From the IMG/VR virus record IMGVR_UViG_3300031786_000007, positions 1-50,544 of that record: DNA of 50,544 nt; one strand, written 5' to 3'. Below are positions 46,823 through 50,544 of this stretch, piece after piece. The first letter of the stretch is position 1; each line of letters opens with the position of its first letter. A program made the position numbers and the translations under genes. The DNA comes from a virus. Lineage: Duplodnaviria > Caudoviricetes. Below the pieces are notes generated by a model. The model ran no database searches, had not been told where the DNA came from, and worked only from the letters and a program-made list of their open reading frames with translations.

Positions 46823-46850
46823 AAAAAGGAACTCTATGGTTCCTTTTTTT
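46823..46850 (+). terminator. intrinsic terminator
   Basis: AAAAAGGAAC-TCTATG-GTTCCTTTTTTT. Confidence 0.85.
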
Positions 46851-46854
46851 ATGA

Positions 46855-46880
46855 GAACTATTTATAATCCCTTCATAAAA
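46855..46880 (+). promoter_or_regulatory. putative ECF-type promoter GAACT-N16-TAAAA
   Basis: recurrent motif upstream of kinase/hydroxymethylase pair. Confidence 0.5.
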
Positions 46881-46885
46881 TAATT

Positions 46886-47470
46886 ATGAAGTTACTAATT
46901 ATAGAAGGGCCCGATCGCTGCGGGAAAAATACATTAATCAAAAGTTTGACATCTCAAGCTGAAAATTATGTAGTTCGCCATTTTGGAACAGCTAAAGGCG
47001 AAACTAATTTTGAAAAAAGAGATCATCAATTTCAATTTTTCAAAAAAGAATTTGAGCTAGCATCTCAAAGACGACAGTTTGAAATGCCCGATAAAATGAG
47101 ATATCCTAGAGATATTTGGATCTGGAACAGGGCTCATTTAGGTGAATTTGTATACGGGAAAATGTATAGAGAAACACATCCTGAAGAATGGGTGATGCAG
47201 ATGGAAAGTTTATTCGGCATGGATATAGATCCATCTGTATATCTTTTACTTCTTACAGCCGACCCAGGGTTTCTTTGTAAAAATGATGATGGGCAATCAT
47301 TCTCAGCAGATATTGAAAAGAAAAAAACTGAGCTTTATCAATTCGATGTAGCTTTTGATAAAAGTAAAATTTTGAATAAAATGAGATTAAATGTCAGTAA
47401 CGGAGATGAATCTTATTTAGATCAAGATATAATCTTAGATACAGTTAATAAATTCTTAAATTTTAAATAA
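46886..47470 (+). CDS. thymidylate-kinase-like dNMP kinase
   Basis: LIIEGPDRCGKNT P-loop; IWNRAHLGEFVYG (DR-motif position). Confidence 0.85.
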   Translation: MKLLIIEGPDRCGKNTLIKSLTSQAENYVVRHFGTAKGETNFEKRDHQFQFFKKEFELASQRRQFEMPDKMRYPRDIWIWNRAHLGEFVYGKMYRETHPEEWVMQMESLFGMDIDPSVYLLLLTADPGFLCKNDDGQSFSADIEKKKTELYQFDVAFDKSKILNKMRLNVSNGDESYLDQDIILDTVNKFLNFK

Positions 47471-48447
47471 TGAGTTACATCGAAAATGATTCGTTTGAAA
47501 CAGCATCAGATATTGGGTATAACCATATCAATTTACAAGTATTCCAACTTTTGGAAGATTTGGAAGCTGCAGGACAAACTTCTTCTCCTAGAGGATTAAA
47601 AACTAAGGAAGCTAACTTAGCTACTTTAGATATTGATCCATTGTACCCTGTCATAGATTTTAAATCTAGAAGATTCAATTGGAAATATTTTGCAGGTGAA
47701 CTTGCATGGTACTTAAAAGCAGATCCTTCTATCGATTTCATTAACAATTTTTCTTCTTTCTGGAAAGGGATAACTCCATCAGGAAAAGCTAATTCTAATT
47801 ATGGAAATTTGCTTTTTAGACCTCATCCTTCTTCAACTTCTAATATATCAAATCCACAAGGTGTTAATCAATTAGAATGGATTTACGATTCTCTAGTTAA
47901 AGATAAACACACTAGACAGGCTGTAGGTTTCTTTAATGCTCCATATTTTCAATATGAAGGAAATAAAGATTTTGTGTGTACAATGTATATTAATTTCTGG
48001 ATAAGAAAAGATCATCTTGAAATGAAAGTGCAAATGAGATCTAATGATATTTTCTTTGGTTTAACTTATGATGCACCTTGGTTTTCTTCAATTCACCAAA
48101 GTATGTACCTGAACCTAAAACAAGTTTATCCAGATTTGAAATTAGGAGTTTATTACCACTCAGCTGATAACATTCATTTTTACGAAAGACACTTTGAAGT
48201 AGCTGATAAAATTTTAGATGAAGGTATAGATACTACAATTAAATTGAGAATGATACATCCGTTATTTAGATTTATAGAAACGGTTACTCCCGGTAAGCAT
48301 AGTTTAGTCATTAATGAAAAAGCTGTAACTTATTTGAAAATTATAGATGATATAATTGATTCAGAAGATGATAATAAAGATAAAAATTTCTGGAAAAGTA
48401 CCCTTGGATATCTCTATGAGATCACAGGAGACAATCTGGATAAATAA
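47470..48447 (+). CDS. thymidylate-synthase-family enzyme with dCMP-type specificity residue (T4 gp42 dCMP hydroxymethylase-like)
   Basis: ELAWY, NSNYG, TRQA, KDFVCT, QMRSNDIFFGLTYDAPW (Asp in place of ThyA Asn177), HFYERHF. Confidence 0.85.
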   Translation: MSYIENDSFETASDIGYNHINLQVFQLLEDLEAAGQTSSPRGLKTKEANLATLDIDPLYPVIDFKSRRFNWKYFAGELAWYLKADPSIDFINNFSSFWKGITPSGKANSNYGNLLFRPHPSSTSNISNPQGVNQLEWIYDSLVKDKHTRQAVGFFNAPYFQYEGNKDFVCTMYINFWIRKDHLEMKVQMRSNDIFFGLTYDAPWFSSIHQSMYLNLKQVYPDLKLGVYYHSADNIHFYERHFEVADKILDEGIDTTIKLRMIHPLFRFIETVTPGKHSLVINEKAVTYLKIIDDIIDSEDDNKDKNFWKSTLGYLYEITGDNLDK

Positions 48448-48500
48448 TAGCACTAAAATATAGTATTTAATTAATAGGCAATTTAAGTAATCAGAATAAT

Positions 48501-49712
48501 ATGGAAACAACAACTATCACAAACACGGCTGACACGTTGAAAAAACTTGAAAAATTCAAGTTTGAAATTAGCCAAAAAACGGGCAGAGAAACTGTAACAT
48601 TCAATGTAGAGGACATTGATATAGAGAAAGACAAGATGTATGTCAACGGAGAACAACTCTCAGAGTCTGCTGTGAAAAAAGTACTTTCTCATTTAAGAGT
48701 GAAAAATAACTTTTTAGCTCTTTCAGAAACTATGACTCTTAATGATTGGGGCACAGTTAAAGAAGTACTGAAAAAACCTACTGCGTCTCAAGTAGTACAT
48801 GGACGTAGAGTTCCAAACGGAGATGAGAATGTTATTGATGACATTTTTATGGCTGCTCCAAAAGCTTCAGGACTAATAGATCCTAACATGATTTTTTCTG
48901 AGATTATAGATGCTATAGTTAGCACAGGCAAAGACATAAGCCTAAAATCTACTGAGTATTTAGAAGATAAAGATGAGATAGTTGTAACATTAATAGAAAA
49001 TGATAAAGTTTTAGATATTTTCGACGATGAAACAGAGCTATGGAAAATCGGAAAAAGAATAGTATGGAACGGAATGACCTTTGCTATCTTTGCGTATTAT
49101 GAAAGAGTAGAATGTCAAAGTGGCGTAACTGTTCCAAAATATGGATTCAGATCTAACATTTCTAACAATAAGTTCAATATGGACAAAATTAGAAAAGTAT
49201 TAGAATCTGAAATAACACTAGACGTTCAAGATTTAGATGCGTATTTGATAGATTCTATTATGCATTTGAATAGTATGAATATTTCAGTAAGAGAATTTTC
49301 TAGATACAGAAATCTTTTTCATGAAAAATTACACCCCGAAATAATTGAAAAATGGTTTGATGAAGATGCTATGAATAAAGCTTATAGCTGTATAGCAACT
49401 GACATGTCAGATTTATGGAAAATAACCGCAGATTCAGGAGAAAATGCTTTTGACTTTTTCAAAAAATTAATCTACATTGCTTCACATTCTCATGAAGCAA
49501 GCAAAGAAACTGTAGAAGAAATGATAGAAAAATACAAAGCTGAAGTTAAATTTGAAGAGTCTCTAGGCACATTGACAGTTGAAACTTCCACAGAAAAAGC
49601 TGCAAAGCTTACACCTCGTGAAAAATATGACTTAGAGATAAAAGCATCTGAGATTCTTTTCAAAAAAGAACTTGACTTAGAAACAATAGCCCCAAAAGTT
49701 AAATGGAAGTAA
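48501..49712 (+). CDS. hypothetical protein (DUF932-like RVxC.SG motif possible)
   Basis: 403-aa ORF; YYERVECQSG. Confidence 0.6.
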   Translation: METTTITNTADTLKKLEKFKFEISQKTGRETVTFNVEDIDIEKDKMYVNGEQLSESAVKKVLSHLRVKNNFLALSETMTLNDWGTVKEVLKKPTASQVVHGRRVPNGDENVIDDIFMAAPKASGLIDPNMIFSEIIDAIVSTGKDISLKSTEYLEDKDEIVVTLIENDKVLDIFDDETELWKIGKRIVWNGMTFAIFAYYERVECQSGVTVPKYGFRSNISNNKFNMDKIRKVLESEITLDVQDLDAYLIDSIMHLNSMNISVREFSRYRNLFHEKLHPEIIEKWFDEDAMNKAYSCIATDMSDLWKITADSGENAFDFFKKLIYIASHSHEASKETVEEMIEKYKAEVKFEESLGTLTVETSTEKAAKLTPREKYDLEIKASEILFKKELDLETIAPKVKWK

Positions 49713-50020
49713 ACATTAAAAACCCGTCTTCTAGACTAATTCTAGAAAAAGCTGACAATGGAGTTATTCTTTACGATGTAGGAGAGGATAACGTAGTATC
49801 TTCGAAAGTGCTGTATGAGACATACTTTAAAGATGGTATCATAGATTTTGAAAGCATAGCTACTTTAATGATAGAAGTTATGGAATCTTTAAAAATTCCT
49901 ACTGTCGAAGAAGAGACTAATAGATTCTTAGCTATTAGCGTCATGAAAATAGATCCAGAAAAACCAGCTTTAGGTGATGATGACTTTGAAGATGGCGAAG
50001 AAGATGACGATGATGAATAA
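49703..50020 (+). CDS. hypothetical protein with acidic tail
   Basis: LEKADNGVIL; D/E-rich C-terminus. Confidence 0.65.
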   Translation: MEVNIKNPSSRLILEKADNGVILYDVGEDNVVSSKVLYETYFKDGIIDFESIATLMIEVMESLKIPTVEEETNRFLAISVMKIDPEKPALGDDDFEDGEEDDDDE

Positions 50021-50408
50021 TTACGATTTAGAAAAAGGATCAATCTGGGAATTCTTTTATTTCACAAAAGAATCTTCTAATATTGATCCTTCACATGAAC
50101 AATATTTAGTAGATGAACAAACTAGAACTATCATGCAAGATAGTTTTAATCCTCCTGAAGGTCTTTCTCCTGCTGAATATTCTCAATTGTTCTTGCAACA
50201 TTTTTTAAAAACTAGAGAAAAATCTAAAGAGATTGTAGATGAAAATAATCAAAAAATTTCTAGATACAAAATTTTTTCTCAATTAGGAAATTTTGAATGT
50301 TTAAAAGAACTTTCAAAAATAGAAGCTGAAGAAAATTTTCATTCGTGGGAAAATGAATCGCTTTTAAATTATTTTAAACAGCTTTCAAACGAGTACATAA
50401 ATGGATGA
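50013..50408 (+). CDS. hypothetical protein
   Basis: start moved to ATG 50013 (or 50010), overlapping previous stop. Confidence 0.6.
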   Translation: MNNYDLEKGSIWEFFYFTKESSNIDPSHEQYLVDEQTRTIMQDSFNPPEGLSPAEYSQLFLQHFLKTREKSKEIVDENNQKISRYKIFSQLGNFECLKELSKIEAEENFHSWENESLLNYFKQLSNEYING

Positions 50409-50544
50409 TAAAAAAAAACTTTTAGTAACTGGTGCAGGAGGGCAATTAGCTAGAGAATACGAGTTGTCAGATCCAATGATGGACTGGGATTATATTTTTT
50501 TAAGTCGAAGCGATTTAGACATCTCTAATATAAATGCTATTAGA
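50401..50544 (+). CDS. rmlD: dTDP-4-dehydrorhamnose reductase, N-terminal fragment (runs off window; not in the ORF track)
   Basis: manual translation MDDKKKLLVTGAGGQLAREY...LSRSDLDISN; G-x-x-G-Q-L Rossmann motif plus R..LDI typical of RmlD/RfbD. Confidence 0.75.
   Translation, partial: MDDKKKLLVTGAGGQLAREYELSDPMMDWDYIFLSRSDLDISNINAIR

Noticed and set aside
47470-48447. Annotation as ordinary thymidylate synthase thyA
   Set aside because: Has Asp instead of the dUMP-specifying Asn, and DFVCT instead of LPPCH
1-50544. Alternative genetic code (TAG or TGA reassignment) as in some large phages
   Set aside because: Core genes are full length under code 11 and end in TAA, TAG and TGA; coding density is already very high

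Overview
AT-rich, almost entirely + strand, densely coded 50.5 kb segment of a large T4-like myophage (jumbo-phage style), standard genetic code. The host is probably Bacteroidota: there are no Shine-Dalgarno sites, leaders are A-rich, TAnnTTTG -7 boxes occur and a BT4734/VirE-N gene is present. It carries clamp-loader genes, ClpP, a neck protein, terminase, tail sheath and tube, baseplate hub, tape measure, a prohead protease-scaffold fusion, the major capsid protein, a homing endonuclease, UV-repair genes and a block of probable capsid-packaged proteins. The most notable content: (1) a cytosine hypermodification cluster with a dCMP-specific gp42-like enzyme, a dNMP kinase, T4 alpha- and beta-glucosyltransferase-like enzymes that both end in K-x-V-E-L-F, and a truncated dTDP-rhamnose reductase RmlD; (2) an ECF sigma factor fused to a SUEL/rhamnose-lectin-like domain, which might read sugar-modified DNA; (3) unrelated proteins sharing an N-terminal T4-type capsid-targeting motif and a C-terminal K-[YF]-[GN]-L tag; (4) three distinct promoter motif classes. 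All family calls come from recognising motifs by eye; no searches were run.
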